Shown piece after piece: positions 49,100 to 62,699 of a DNA stretch of 64,000 bases. The stretch is from positions 66,083,213 through 66,147,212 of the forward strand of contig NC_068982.1 of assembly GCF_001194135.2 (NCBI RefSeq), given 5' to 3'. The translations under genes were made by a program, and so were the position numbers. The notes beneath the pieces were generated by a model, which worked only from the letters and a program-made list of their open reading frames with translations, did no database searches and was not told the DNA's origin. Numbering within the stretch: position 1 is the first letter of the stretch; every line of letters starts with the position of its first letter. This DNA is from Octopus bimaculoides. Taxonomy: Eukaryota.

Positions 49100-50335
49100 T
49101 CTAGCTTACTTGCTTAAGGCAGTCTATTTTGACAGATGACAACGTTGTCTTTGATCCTTAGGGGTTGTCTTGATGGCGTTGGCAGGCCCTCTCATGGCTG
49201 AAAAGGCTGATTCTAGAGGCACATGTCTGATTACACAAATAGAGCTCCGATGAAGATGAGCTCATCTAAGATTTTGCTGACATTCCTTGAGTTGTCTCCA
49301 CTTGTCTTTGCGAAGTTTAGTCCGCTCATCTTCAAAATACTGCGTACCAGTTTTGACCATACCCCTCCAGGTAGTACAGTCTGTGGCTAGTGTTTCAACT
49401 TCACCAGGGGGGATGTTGCAGAGCTTCAGGGATTTCTTGAGATGATCTTTATATTGCTTCTTTGAACCTCTGTGCGGTCGGTTACTCTCTGCTAACCCTC
49501 CAAAAAGGACAATCTTGGGTATATGGTTTTCTGCCATCCTGATAACTTACCCTACCCAGCGCAGTTGTCGTTTGAGGATCATGCATTTGATGCTGGTCAG
49601 TTTCACTCGTCTCAGGATCTCTGTATGTGGTATCTTGTCCTTCCAAGTCAAATGATGAATGCACTGGAGACAGTGGCTATGAAAGGATTCAAGGAGTTTG
49701 ACATGATGATGGTAAAGTGTCCAGGTTTCTGAGGTATACAGAAGCCTGAAAACCACAACAGCACGATAAACCTCGATTTTCGTGGAGAGATTCTGATCAC
49801 AATTAAGGAAGACCCTATCCTTGAGACGTCCATAAGCAGAGGAGGCAAAGTGGATGCGATTCTAAATTTTGTGGTCAATTACCCCATTGCTTGAGATGAT
49901 GCTACCCAAATAGGTGAATTTCTTGGTGTTCTTTAGCTGGTTGTCTTGGATCAAAAGAGTCACAGGGGGTGAACCATTTTTGGAGCGTTGAAGGATCTCT
50001 GTTTTCTTGGTGTTGACCTGGAGTCCAGCCCGACGATAGGCATTGCACACATCTAGGTTCTGCTGAAGGCTGGCTGGTTTGTGGGCAAGAACTTCGCAGT
50101 CATCGGCATACTGTAATTCAAAGAGAGTGGTGGACTGAGTCTTTGTTAGTGATTTTAGTCTCCTTAGTTGAAGAGACTGCCATTGTGGCAATATCAAATT
50201 AGGATGCCATGTTCGGGGTTGGGGTCATAGCAAGATAGTAAGGTCACAGCCACATGGAACACATTGAAGAGGACAAGGGCCAGGACACAGCCTTGTTTAA
50301 CATCGACTAATAGTATCAAAAGCCTTAGTTAGATC
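49100..50335 (-). mobile_element. 5'-truncated RTE-clade LINE
   Basis: Minus strand: FIDLTKAFDT, VKQGCVLA..LFN, QYADD, KFTYLGSII, SETWT, RQLRWVG, KKQYKDHLKKSLK; frameshifted, with an internal deletion. Confidence 0.9.
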
Positions 50336-50995
50336 AATAAAGGCATGATAAAGGTATGATAAGAGTAGGTACATCAAGTAAGCTGGAGTTTTTCAGTTCA
50401 GGGATACAGAAGCTGTTGAAATAACTGTAAAAGAAAGTGAGAGAAAAGTCCATATGTGAGCTTGTTGTAATGTGATAGTGTAAATTATTTGCCAATCAGA
50501 TGAATGCTGTAAATGCCTGTTTGTTTATCTCTTTGTACCTTCCTTTCTTTGACCATTGTCTGTTAGATACATTTAATGCAGAGAACTTCTAGAAATTATA
50601 CTGTAAGGCTAAAAACAAAAAAAAAGCACGATTAGTTATTGGCTAACATTATTTTGAACATCAACTAGTAAGGGAAATAGGTATGGATATGTTTCAGTCT
50701 CAGTTTGTTTAGTTTGTCTGGTTATCATTTACATGACTGTTTATTTGTATATCTATCAGTCTGTCTGCCTGTCTATATGTATTTCTTCAAAATCAGATAG
50801 ACTCATACACTGACAAAAACAGAAAAATTTATTTACCTTTAATTTTTAGTAAATTATTTTTGAAATATTTATTTGATAATACATGATTGTGGCTATTACA
50901 AGGGAGATGAACATTTCTTCATAATATGAGGTGGAATTTAATGATACCTTTTTATAGATGTGCATTTGTTTATTTTAACTTTTCTTTTCTAATAG

Positions 50996-51088
50996 GTTGC
51001 TGATGATGGCTATGGTGTATCATATATTATAGCAGGGGAAGATGTAGTATTTTTTCATATTTCTAGCATTAAATCATCTCCAACAACG
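50996..51088 (+). CDS. CPT1: CPT1 coding exon 20
   Basis: [31 protein letters not shown]; taatag / gtaagt. Confidence 0.97.
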
Positions 51089-51289
51089 GTAAGTAATTTT
51101 TCTATGTTCACTTGTGTCTCTCTCTCCGTCAGACCCTATTCTGAATAAACTATAATTCTCTTAGAACTACAGTGGATTTACAGTCACCTCTATCCTAAAA
51201 AATTTGCAACTCTGCACTGATTTATAGAATTATATGTTGATCCCATCCTATGATAAAACCAAAGCAGCTTCTGGAAAGGTAGTGCAAAC

Positions 51290-52400
51290 TACCACAGATC
51301 CTTGAATCATAGAAGAGCTCAGAATTTCCAAGCAAAAGGCATCGATTTCTGTTGACATTTGTTAGTGTCAAGAGAAAAGTCATGTTACATATTCTGTTTA
51401 ATTATACTAACCCAGATGAGACTGTTGAGGTCATCAAACATCATGTACAAAAAACCATCAAACTTCATGCAAGGCACAAATGGTCCAACTAAAGCATTCC
51501 CAACAACAGCAAGAATCCTTCAGGGAGACACTTTGGTTCCTTTTCTTTTTATGATTACTGAAAATTAGATCTTTGAGCAACATGTTGACGCTATCCAAGA
51601 TGAGGGCTTCACCATTAAGCAGATGCAACCAAGATGTCAGCTGAGTCTGTTTCTGTCTGACCTTGACTAAGCTGATGATCTTGGCCTTACAGCTCATCAA
51701 CTGTATGATGTGCAAAACTTAACATTTCTTGAAAATATTGCAACCAAAGTTGGTCTGTTTCTCAACACAAAAAAGATTGAATACATGGCCATCAATGAAG
51801 ATCAAAGCCACCTGCTAATTTAATGACACACAACTCAAGGAATTCAGTGGCTTTAAATACCTTGGGTCTTATATTGCTGAGATCAAGCAAGGCTCCATTA
51901 CATGCAAGAGACATGACTGGAATATCTGTAACAAGCTTCAACATAATCAAGTAGTTCTAAGTCAGCAAGCCTTGCATTCCTTGGAACAGGAATAGACAAT
52001 ATTCTTCTCTAGGATCTGAACCTGAACTCTGAAGAAGTAACTGCAGGATCACCTTGAAGCTACATACACAAGATTTCTGATGAAGGCATAAGCACAAGAC
52101 CAAAGAGGAGATCTAAAGACATATTCTGTCCATCTCCAGTCAAACTGTCTAAGCCATGCCAGCTTGGAAAATGTCTGTTAAATGACAATAGTGAAGAAGA
52201 TACAGGGTTAGCTTTACTGATTACTGTTATCATGCTAAACAACAGGCAATATTATGTTATATTTTGGAGACATTTGCACCCAAATGAAGGATGAAGACCA
52301 CTCAACTACCTTGATGTTATTGGCAGACACACATGAAACTAAGGATCTACCAAGACTAATGCGGATCAGAGATTCCCGGTGTAACATTGTGAGATGTAAC
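51290..52400 (+). mobile_element. Decayed non-LTR retrotransposon RT fragment (RTE/RTEX-like)
   Basis: ILQGDTLVPFLF (51515), DLD*ADD (about 51660), VGLFLNTKKIEYM, FKYLGSYI (about 51852). Confidence 0.75.
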
Positions 52401-53030
52401 TTAATTGTAACCACTTGAAGATGAAGAACATTTTATAACTCACTGCAATAGTTACATAGTCAGTGCTATTTAACATGGTTACTAGTTGAGTGTGAGAAAC
52501 TTGGTTATTTAGTTGAATAAGGTTTGTAGAAGGAAAGGAGTTCATGCAACAACAGCTTTGTCTTTACTGGAGGATTACACTATTGACATTTATCTTTCAT
52601 ACCTCTGAAGACAATCAGATTAGCAGTTTTACTCTTTGTGGGTTATGGTGTGGTTTATTAGGCCAATATAGGCTTAAAATCCATGGTTACAGTGGGAGCA
52701 CATAAACGCAGAATCTGGACCCAGTGGGACTCTTGCTTTCTGTACAATCTTCCTCTCTTTAGTTTCTCTGATCATTTCTGATTCTGAGTACTGTCCTCCA
52801 GAGTACACAGCACCATGCCACAGTAAGTGATCTTGAGCAAGATGTTCCCAAGTAGACTGTTCTAAGTTACACTGTTATATTTATTGCACTTAAAGAAACA
52901 CACTTTACTGAGGATTTTTCATTATTAGACTAGAAACACACTCTTCTGAACTTGTAGCAATTATTTAACATTATGCATTCCATAATTTACAGTTTAAATA
53001 TATAATTTTCATTTCTCTTTTCTTTTCTAG

Positions 53031-53102
53031 GATTCTGAAAGATTTAGCAAAAACATATTGAGCTCAATGAAGGATATAAAACAAATGTTAGAGACCTCAT
53101 AA
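53031..53102 (+). CDS. CPT1: CPT1 coding exon 21 (stop codon)
   Basis: DSERFSKNILSSMKDIKQMLETS*; ttctag acceptor; TAA at 53100-53102. Confidence 0.95.
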   Translation, partial: DSERFSKNILSSMKDIKQMLETS

Positions 53103-53146
53103 TATTTTCCAAGATGTATAAAGTTGTACCATAAAGGACATTGCTA

Positions 53147-53152
53147 AATAAA
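53147..53152 (+). terminator. Candidate proximal polyadenylation signal
   Basis: AATAAA 45 nt after the stop codon, followed by a T-rich tract; such hexamers also occur by chance in AT-rich DNA. Confidence 0.4.
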
Positions 53153-55312
53153 TTTGTTTTTTTAACAGATAACCCAACACCATCCATTACAAGTTTCAAT
53201 TTTCTCTAAAAATGCACAGAAAGCAATAATCATCTGATCTCAAAGAGTGTTCTAAGACTTTGTCCATATTCCTTGTGCTAACGAACCTCTAAATTTGATC
53301 ATCACAGTATTTCAGCTGCCATTCCAAACCGATGTTAAAAGTGATGTGGTATATAGACTTATTTGGCACTGGAATATTACCAGTATTCATCTTTTTACTA
53401 CAATCAGAAACCATCCAATTTCCTGTCATTTTTTACTTTGCTTTGGTTGTTGATAGATGAATTTATTTCATTTTTTTTTTTTTTTTTTTTAGAGAATTAT
53501 TGAAATTAACAAAAATTTTACAATTGAAAGTAAAGTTAATTTTTGAACAAATATAAATTTATATANNNNNNNNNNNNNNNNNNNNNNNNATATATATATA
53601 TATAATTTTTGAATTACTATCTGTAAAGATTCTGAAATATTTTGTTTGCAAAGTCATCTCATGAGTACAAAACAAAGAAGGTCAAAATGAACGAAAAATG
53701 TGTAGACAAATTTCATGGGCACTGCGTATGTATTCTTCATAAGTTGACCTCATTAGAAAGCTTAGACCAGGACAAATATTGTCATCAATGGTGTATTTAA
53801 ACCTTTTAAATATTTAGCCAAACCATAAACCCTGTTTTTAGTAGTTTCCAATGAAACATAATTACTTTTGTATATTTTCCAAACATTGGGCTGTGGTCAT
53901 GCTGGAGCATCATTTTCAAGGGTTTAGTCAATCATATTGACCTCAGTATTTATTTCAGTCTGGTACTTATTTTATGAATCCCTATTTGTTGAATTACACA
54001 ACATAAATACACTCACATACTTGGATGCAGAAAGAGAGGATTTCTCTACAACACACTATACACTTACATCTATGCAATAGAATATATTACTCTTTAATAT
54101 TGTGTAATAAATACTTACAGTAAATTTGATATGTGGATACAATTCTGAAATAGTACTCTAGTGTAATTTTCATGCTAGTATATATATTTTACACTGCAAT
54201 CTAAATAGGCAGCAAGCTGGCAGAATCATTAGCATCATTTCTTCTGGCTCTTTATGTTCTGAATTCAAATCCTGCTGAGGTCAACTTTGCCATTCATCTC
54301 TTCAAAGTCAATATATTAAGTACTAGTCAAGTATTGAGGTCAATATAATCAACTTTCTCCACTACCCTCAAAATTGCTACCCTTGAACTCTGCAACAGAT
54401 TGGCATGCCATTCCAGAGTAATGTTGTGATCTCAATCACTTATATACCATGGAAATTGGGTAACCAGCGTTATGAGTCCCTAGAGCTCAAGAAAAAAATG
54501 TAAGTACAATATAGAATTGCTCTTAGTTATAATAGATTTTATATTAATTATTTATCCCCAATCAATAATTGAAAAACGAACTTTTTAGTTATTGTCTATT
54601 CTGCCTTATACAAATGTTCAAATATTATTCTATTGGGACCAGATATATTCTAAAAATTCATTCAAATGCTATAGTTGACATTTGACTAGAACAGAGCTCC
54701 AACATGGATCAGATAATTTTATTTTCTAACAGCATAATGTACACCTGTGTTATGATCTTAAGAATATAACATGTCAAGAGTAAGCATTAATTGTTACAGC
54801 TAGATTTGTTAATCACCCTAATGATACATGTTTTCCTTCGAGGAACTTCTATCACAACAAATGCCATTCTGTTATTTACTTCTAACCTGCCTTAGCTTTC
54901 CATTTTTCCAAAACTTTGTCAGAACTGTGTCAGGAATCTTTCCCATTATGTTGACTTAATTCCTTAGTGCCAAATTACTTCTATATGGATGACTATGAAG
55001 TACAATTATTCTTCCTAACATCTTTGATGTTAGTAAGGCCAAGTAAGTGATTAAATGCTATCTAGGTCTAGATATGCTTTTTCTTTTTAAATGGTTATGA
55101 ATTAAATACCAGACAACAAAATACAGGAGTAAATAAATTTGACTAAAACCCCTTAAATAGAATGTTGCCCCATCATAGCAACAGTCCCAATAACTGAAGC
55201 TAGTAAAACTTAAACAAAAAGGAAATGAATAAAAGAAAATAATGATTTTAATTTCTGTTTTTAGAAATTTTAATTTCTGGGATTTATGAGTGTGATTTTA
55301 CAAGCACATGTA

Positions 55313-55344
<32 letters not shown>

Positions 55345-55401
55345 GTACTGTTCTGTGATGGTAAGGTCAACAAAAAAATTACTCCATCTGGTGAGAGATA
55401 A

Positions 55402-55965
55402 ATATTAATTTAATAAACACAATACATGTTTTTATGTGCTGCTGATAGTTTCATGTGTTGAGAAATACCTCAAACATATTCATCAGGCACACACCACATA
55501 TCATAATGAACTAAAAATTGAATGAGGGAAGAAACGCAAAAAGGTGAGAAGGAAACATAGAAAACATAGAAGGTTAAAAAAGCGGAAAACGAAAAAGTAA
55601 AAAAGGGTAAGATATCAACAAGTTAATCAGGTATAGGCAAAATTTTCCAATTTTCCAAAATGTACTTAGACACATGTTAACAACTACTGAAAATTTCAGA
55701 CCTATACCTGATTAACTTGATATCTTTCCAACCTTATAATTTAAGATCTAAAGAAAATAACTATTTTACCTTTTTTTACTTTTGTATTTTCCATTTTTCA
55801 TTTTCCATTTTTTAACCTTCTACATTTTCTATATGCTTCCTTTTTGTGTTTCTTCTCTCATTCAATTTTTAGTTTGTTATGATATGTGGTTTGTGCCTGA
55901 TGAATATGTTTGAGGCATTTCTCCAAATTGTTAGTATCACATAAAAGCATGTATTGTGCCTATTA

Positions 55966-55973
<8 letters not shown>
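55402..55973. repeat. Long fold-back element (arms about 235-275 bp)
   Basis: cacaatacatg/catgtattgtg, ctcaaacatattcatcaggcac/gtgcctgatgaatatgtttgag and gttaatcaggtatagg/cctatacctgattaac pair in nested order; loop about 55639-55698. Confidence 0.9.
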
Positions 55974-56007
<34 letters not shown>

Positions 56008-56721
56008 GTTCAGAATACCTGATGATAAATAGTTTCAGAGAGCAATGTATTTTACATTACGTTTTATAGAGATACTCTGCTTGGTTTTCTCTGTCATATT
56101 ATTTTATATTTTATGTACATACATTTTAAATATTTGTTCGTTCTTTTAACATCCATTTTTCCCATGCCAACATGGGTTTGGACAGGGAGTTAGTTACTTT
56201 AAGTAGGATTTTATGGCCAGTTGCTAACCCTTACTGTCTTTCAAGTAAGGAATTTCTTTATTTCATAGCTTTCCAAAAAGTGCAGAGCAACTCATTATAA
56301 TGTCAATATCAGCACTGCTTCATTCAAGTAGCAACAAGCATGGAACATAGACAGTCACACACACACATAAGTATACATGAGTGTCATCATCATCACCATT
56401 TTAATGTTCATTTTTCCATGTTTGTATGGGTCAAACAGGATTTGTTGTTAATTTTCTATGGCAGGATGCTCTTCTTGTCACATACACTCACTGGTTTCAA
56501 AGGTAAATATTTCTCCATGGCCAGACATGTTTTCAAGGAACATTGAAAATTAATGTATGACAGTGACACTTGTTTACAACTGTCACATGATGTCAAGACA
56601 AGGAGATACCAACTCACACACACAGAGTGGGTTTCTTTCAGTTTTCATCATCTGCCTCATTCACTCACAAGGCTTTGGTCAGCCCCAGCATATACTAGAA
56701 GACACTTCACTCTGGTGTGTG

Positions 56722-56807
<86 letters not shown>

Positions 56808-56832
56808 TATATATATGTAGTAATAATAATCC

Positions 56833-57004
56833 ATGGATGGAATTTATAAATATTTTAATGCATTGTTATGTGTGTTTCCACAAATCACATGTTTCATAAG
56901 ATCATAGTCCATATTCCCAGGAGTATGGAGTATGATCTTAAGAAACATGTGATTTATGGAAATGTGCATAGTGATGCATTTAAATATTTATAAATTCTAC
57001 CCAT
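56833..57004. repeat. Palindrome with 81-bp arms and 10-nt loop
   Basis: Left arm 56833-56913, right arm 56924-57004; flanked by (TAA)n on the left and (TTA)n on the right. Confidence 0.92.
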
Positions 57005-59247
57005 TTATTATTATTATTATTATTATTATTGTTATTGTTATTGTTATTATTATTATTATTACTTCTCCTTTATTTATCCTAGCTCAGTGTGACCCCACAA
57101 AACTGGTATTGCCAGTTGGTATTATTAGGCTGTAGCTGGCATAATAAAATAGGAGTTTTTATATGCATATTCAAAACATTTCCTGTAAATGAACTTAAAG
57201 GATATATATAATCATCATCATCAACTTCCTGCAGTTTTCAAATTCTGTCACATGACATTGGTTGACCAATGGCTCTAGTAAAAGACACTTACCCAAAGTG
57301 CTGTATGGTAGGACCAAATCTAAAACCATGTAGTTGCAAAGCAAACTGCTTGATCACACAACCATACCTCTATCTCCTTCCTAATGCAATAAAGTTACTG
57401 GGAAAGAATTTCCCTAGTTTGTAGAACTAAATATGTGAGAAAATAATTTTTTGCTGGTGGAATAGTCTATTGAAAACTTCATTGATCTCGAGAAATGTAG
57501 AGTAACAATTTTGTTGAGAAATATCATGTAACTGTAACAACTTGTGATTAACTGTTGTGGAGTTAGATATTCTAACTCTGATAAAAGCTGACAGAATAGC
57601 TAAAGAGCAGTTCTTGTGAGTTACGCTGATCTTACTAAAATCTTTTAGACTAACTTCAGTAGTCAGTTGTTATAAATATTGTTTATATTTATGTAATGTC
57701 AATATCAGTATAATTGTAGCTGTTACTCAAGATTTTGTTGTTGTTATTAATATGACTGAAGTAAATTGTGATAGTTGTCAGGATCAGTGGAATGACAGAC
57801 AAAATACCTTGTGGTATTTAGTTACAGCCCTTTATATTTTGAGTTCAAATTCTTCCAAGTTCAACTTGACATGTCATAAATGAAATGGAGTATCCCTCAA
57901 AAATTGGGATCAATCTTAATGAACAACTATGTCTTTCCCCAAAATAATGTGGTCTAGTGTTAATGCTAGAATTCAGCAATATTTTTGTGAATAGGGCAGC
58001 AGAAATGACCAGGATAGTACAGTCCTGGACTAAATATGTTAGAGTATTTAGTTTCATGCTTAGTCGTTCCAGATTCAAATCCTGTTAAAGTCGACTTTAC
58101 TATCTTTTACAAACCAACTTTGGTTTTCATTTCACCTGAGTTGAAAAAATAAATAGCAGCAAGATAAGCATGAACACCATCTTTTTCAACAAGAATCTGT
58201 ATTATTTCAATGATTTGGAAACTATTTAAAATTTGTTAATTCCTTTTTTTGTCTGAATTTTTACCATTGTTGAATTTGCAACTTCATGTCTTACCATTTT
58301 TATGTCTTTCTAGTCTGTTAGATCTGTTTCCTATTATCTCCTCTCCCTCTCTAAACTTTATTCTGGTTGGAAAAATTGATTTTGTGATATGTTATAAATA
58401 GCTATTGGGTATGGTATTTTGAAAGAAATATTTTTGTTTTCTTTGTTATCCTTGTAAAACATTTCTGTGACATAACTATTTTCAGTCAATTATGACTTCA
58501 TATATAAAATATATTGTAAGTGGTTTCACAAACAAAACTGAGAGTACTCAATATGTTGGGTACAACAGATACCTTTATTATGATATTGTAGATTAATGCT
58601 AAGATGCCATCTTAAAGATGGTATGTTGAAAGATATTTACAAAAAAAAAATTGTACTCAACCAATTAAAAAATTCTTTCTTGCCCAGTCTGAGTTCATAT
58701 TTACATATTCTTATCTATAAAGATGTGTGTATATATATGCACATATGTATATATATATTTGTGTGGTGTACCTACATATACGTACATGTGTGTGTATGTA
58801 TGTATGTATATATATATATATGTTTGTTTTATGTGCATATAATTATATCAAGAGCTGTGTAGTGATTGTGTGTATATCTATTAGTTTCACCTTCGAATGT
58901 AATTTTATTTTTTATGCTCCTATTCCTTTTTTCTCTCCATCTCTCCCTTTCTTTTATACAAAAACACATTCTCTCTTTCTCTCACCATATATATATATAT
59001 ATATATTGTTGAAATGTGCAAAAAACAAATTATTTGTATCTCAGATATTTCATGACATGTGCTTCAATGAAAACCAATTAGAGATCATTTCATCTATTAT
59101 TGCTATACTATAATCCAAGTCCTTCTTCAATGCTGCTTTATAGACAACATTATATGAGAATAAGCGTTTAGTATAGGTGAAACTTGAACCCTAATCCCTA
59201 TGGTAACATATTGTGCATTTCAGCACATCAATATATATATATATATA

Positions 59248-59410
59248 TTGCGGAGATGTATTTGCATAGCAAGTGACCTGATCTGAGATCGTGTGCTGGA
59301 ACGAAAACAATTGCAGCGTGGAAGGTGTTTATAAGCCATTTAAAATAACACACAAAAACCGTTAGATTCACTTCAACATTTAAATTTAATTTGTCAAAAT
59401 ATTTTCGTCA
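59248..59410. mobile_element. CpG-rich interspersed repeat fragment, possibly a Penelope-like terminal repeat
   Basis: gcggagatgtatttgcatagc...aaaccgttagattcacttcaacatt...ttttcgtc; recalled as a common Octopus repeat, class assignment is inference. Confidence 0.45.
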
Positions 59411-60228
59411 CTACTGGCTAAGTGAGCAGGCCAACATTATTATTATGCATATATTCAATGAAGAATTAAGTCAATTTAAGTTTTCTTTGAGTTTTACATT
59501 TTACTTATATTCTCTTAAGACGTTTATACAAAATCTAATTCCTACAACCCATCCACATCTATTTTAATTTCCATCTCAGAATGGAAATTCTTTTCCTGGT
59601 TTCTTCACTGAATACTTGAAAATTTCTTTTTCTTTCCTTTTTTCAATTTACTTGTTATAACAAAAAAAAAATTTGTTTTTCTGATTTTATCATACATACA
59701 TACATTTTTGTATCAAGCCTGGTATTACATAGAAGGTTAAAAGCCATTCCTCACCTTTACTTGGATGTTAATGATAAATATAATTATTGTTTGTCATTTC
59801 CTTTCTATGTTTTCAAACCTGGCACTTAAATTTTTAAGCAATTCATTGGTTATCTCATTTTACTGATTGAGGTTATTAATTTAAAGAAAGGGCAGTGAAG
59901 AGCAGAATCTATGAAATAATGGACAGAAAATGACTTATGGTATTTAATTATATACTTTTATGTGCCAAAATTAACTTTGCATTTCATCCTTTTAGGAGTT
60001 GGTAAACTCAGTCTCAGTGAAATATTGAAGTTGATTAATCAGCTATTTTTTTTTTTTATCCCTCACCAGAAAATGTGTTGTCTATTTTCTTATGTTAGAA
60101 ACCATTATTAAAATGGGCAAGTGAGATGGAAAGATAAAATTGATAATTGATACATTAATGGATGAAACACTTTGCTGTATTTGGTCATGATGCCGTTTTG
60201 TCCTGAGCTCAAATCTCACCAGTGTCGA

Positions 60229-60265
<37 letters not shown>

Positions 60266-60631
60266 TTTTTACCTTTCATCCTTCTGCAGTTCAGTAAAAT
60301 AAGAATCTGTCATGTGTTGGGATTATTCACACTCTACCCACCAGGATATGTAGTTTTTATGACTGTTAGAAATAATTATTAATTTCAAGAAATACAATAA
60401 TATAATGTTTTGCAAGGGGAGCAAAAAAAATAAAGGAGAACAGCAACATATATTTTGGGTAGATTATATGTATTTTAAAATAAATTGTTTGATATCCAGT
60501 GTTGAAAATCTTGTTCAATTACATTCCAAACACACTCACTTATTCAACATATGTGTTTGTGTGTGTTTATGTTTGTTTTTATGTTTAGTTATAATAAAAA
60601 CAATTTTACTTTAATCTGTGGGGTTACTCTA

Positions 60632-61830
60632 CAGGGTGACCCAAAAGTTCTTTTACAAAGGTTAAACAATGTATTTCAGCCAAATATCTAAATCAGTTTA
60701 CTTGAAAACTTGCACACTAATTTTTAACATATTCAGCAATGTAACAGCAAAAAATTATTCAATAAATCCACCTTGTTTCTCTATTACAGCCTTAAGTTTA
60801 CCAGGCACTGCTTCAACAGGGGCTCACAAGACTTCTAGTGGTATCTTCTCCCATTCACACTGCAGAGACCTCTTTAAATCCACTACTAAATGATGAGATT
60901 TAGCACAAGCATTGGTCTCCAAGATGAACCAAATGCTAAAGTCCATTGGGTTGAGGTCTGGGCTTGAGGGAGGCCATTCTTCCTTGGACAAGGAATCTGG
61001 GACATTGTCCACTAAGTCACTTCTGAGTCCTGTTTGCAGTGTGAGCAGGTGCTCCATCCTGCTGGAAGAGAGAGGGGCCACTGTTAAACAATTCTTGGCT
61101 TAAATGTTTCACCACAAGCTCAAGAATGAGTTCTTCATAGCTTGCAGCCTTGATTTTGACTACTTTAGGAACAAAAAAAAAAAAAAAAGAGAGGTGTTTT
61201 CCCCTTTGAAGATACTCCAGCCCAAACCATCACAGATAAGGAATTTTGAGTGGCAAATATCTCTGGCATCCTCTGGACATGACTGAGTGTTTTCTGCAAG
61301 GACCCTGTCATTGTGGTTGTTGTGAGCTTCTTCAACAGTGAACATCTTGTCCAAGCTCTGAGTATAAAGTTGGTCAAGCAGTGCATGACTTCTTGCAAGT
61401 CTCTTTCCTTTCGAAGCAGTTGTTAGGCTGTGAACTTTTCAGTTTCAATGAAGCAAGTCCAAAGTCACTTTTGACAACTCACTTCAAAGATTCTTTTGAA
61501 ACTCCCAGCTCAGCAGCCATCTTTCTCAAGGAGTGCTTTGGATTTCTGTGAACTCTAGAACTGATGATTTTTTGGAGCCTGGAAGTCCTGACTAACCTGG
61601 GATGTCCTGTTCTCGCTCAATCTTGAACTCCTCCAGTGTCCTTAAATCAATTGATGGTTCGGTAGATGAAAATTTGCCTTGCTTTTGGCCAATTGAGAAG
61701 ATTCAAAATTTCTGATGGTGACTTGCCAGCTTGATGTAGCTCAACTACAGCAGATAATTCATGTCCCATTCTAATTTTGGACAAAACTATATCTCTTAGC
61801 TTGAAGATGAGTTCAGAACCTGAAAGAAGA
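60632..61830 (-). mobile_element. maT (DD37D) Tc1/mariner transposon remnant
   Basis: TA plus cagggtgacccaaaag terminus; ATG at 61769 (MGHELSAVVELHQAGKSP); MFTVEEAHNNHNDRV, VMVWAGVS, FQQDGAPAHT, WPPSSPDLNPMDFSIW; the last two Asp codons are 115 nt apart (37 intervening residues plus a 1-nt insertion). Confidence 0.88.
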
Positions 61831-61920
61831 CAAAAAAAAAATCTTTAAAATGATATGAAATAATGATAAAACTGCCACTTTTTTATGTTAAATTAAGAAC
61901 TTCAAAAAATGTAACAGAGC

Positions 61921-61980
61921 AAGTTTCAGCCAGGTAAGCCATTGTCATAAAGCATGACAATGACTTACTGGCTGAAACTT
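61921..61980. repeat. Short hairpin, 27-28-bp arms and 5-nt loop
   Basis: aagtttcagccaggtaagccattgtcat-aaagc-atgacaatgacttactggctgaaactt. Confidence 0.9.
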
Positions 61981-62699
61981 AAAAGTCACTGTCAACAATA
62001 TTCTTCACATACAGTTCATATTTGTCCTTAACAATTGTTTCAATGGAGTGAAACATCATTATTTAATTGGATTACATAATTATTTAAAGTTTACCTATAT
62101 CTTAAGGGAAAATGATAATCAGAACACTGTTACTGATTTAAATACAATGGAGCAGAGAGAAAAAAATATCAGCAAGGGCTAGCTGTGTGGAGAAGAAGCT
62201 TGGTTTACAACTATATGGTTTCTGGTACAGTCCCACTGCACTGCACTTTAAGCAAGTGTCGTCTATAGCTCCAGGCTGACCAATTCCTTGTGAGTGAATT
62301 TGGTAGTTGGAAACTGTGTGGAAGCCTATCATGTGTGTTTGGGTTTGTCCCACTCACTACTGGTGTTGGTTTGTTTACATACTTATAACTTAGTGGTTTA
62401 GCAAAACAAACTGATAGAATAAGAAAATAAGTACTGGAGTCAATTTGTGTGACTAAACCTTTCAGGTAGTGCCCCAGCATGGCCACAGTCCAGTGACTGA
62501 AACAAGAAAAAGATAAGTTGCTTGATTACCAGTTTTAATTCTTTTCTCCCAAAGATATAGGTAATACATCATTTTTGTATTTTAATAACATAATTATATA
62601 ATAATGTTTTATTCCATTGCAACAGCTGTTGAAAACAATTAAATTATGAATTATACAAAGATATGACAGAAGTAAACAGACACCCCATAAAACATCGTT

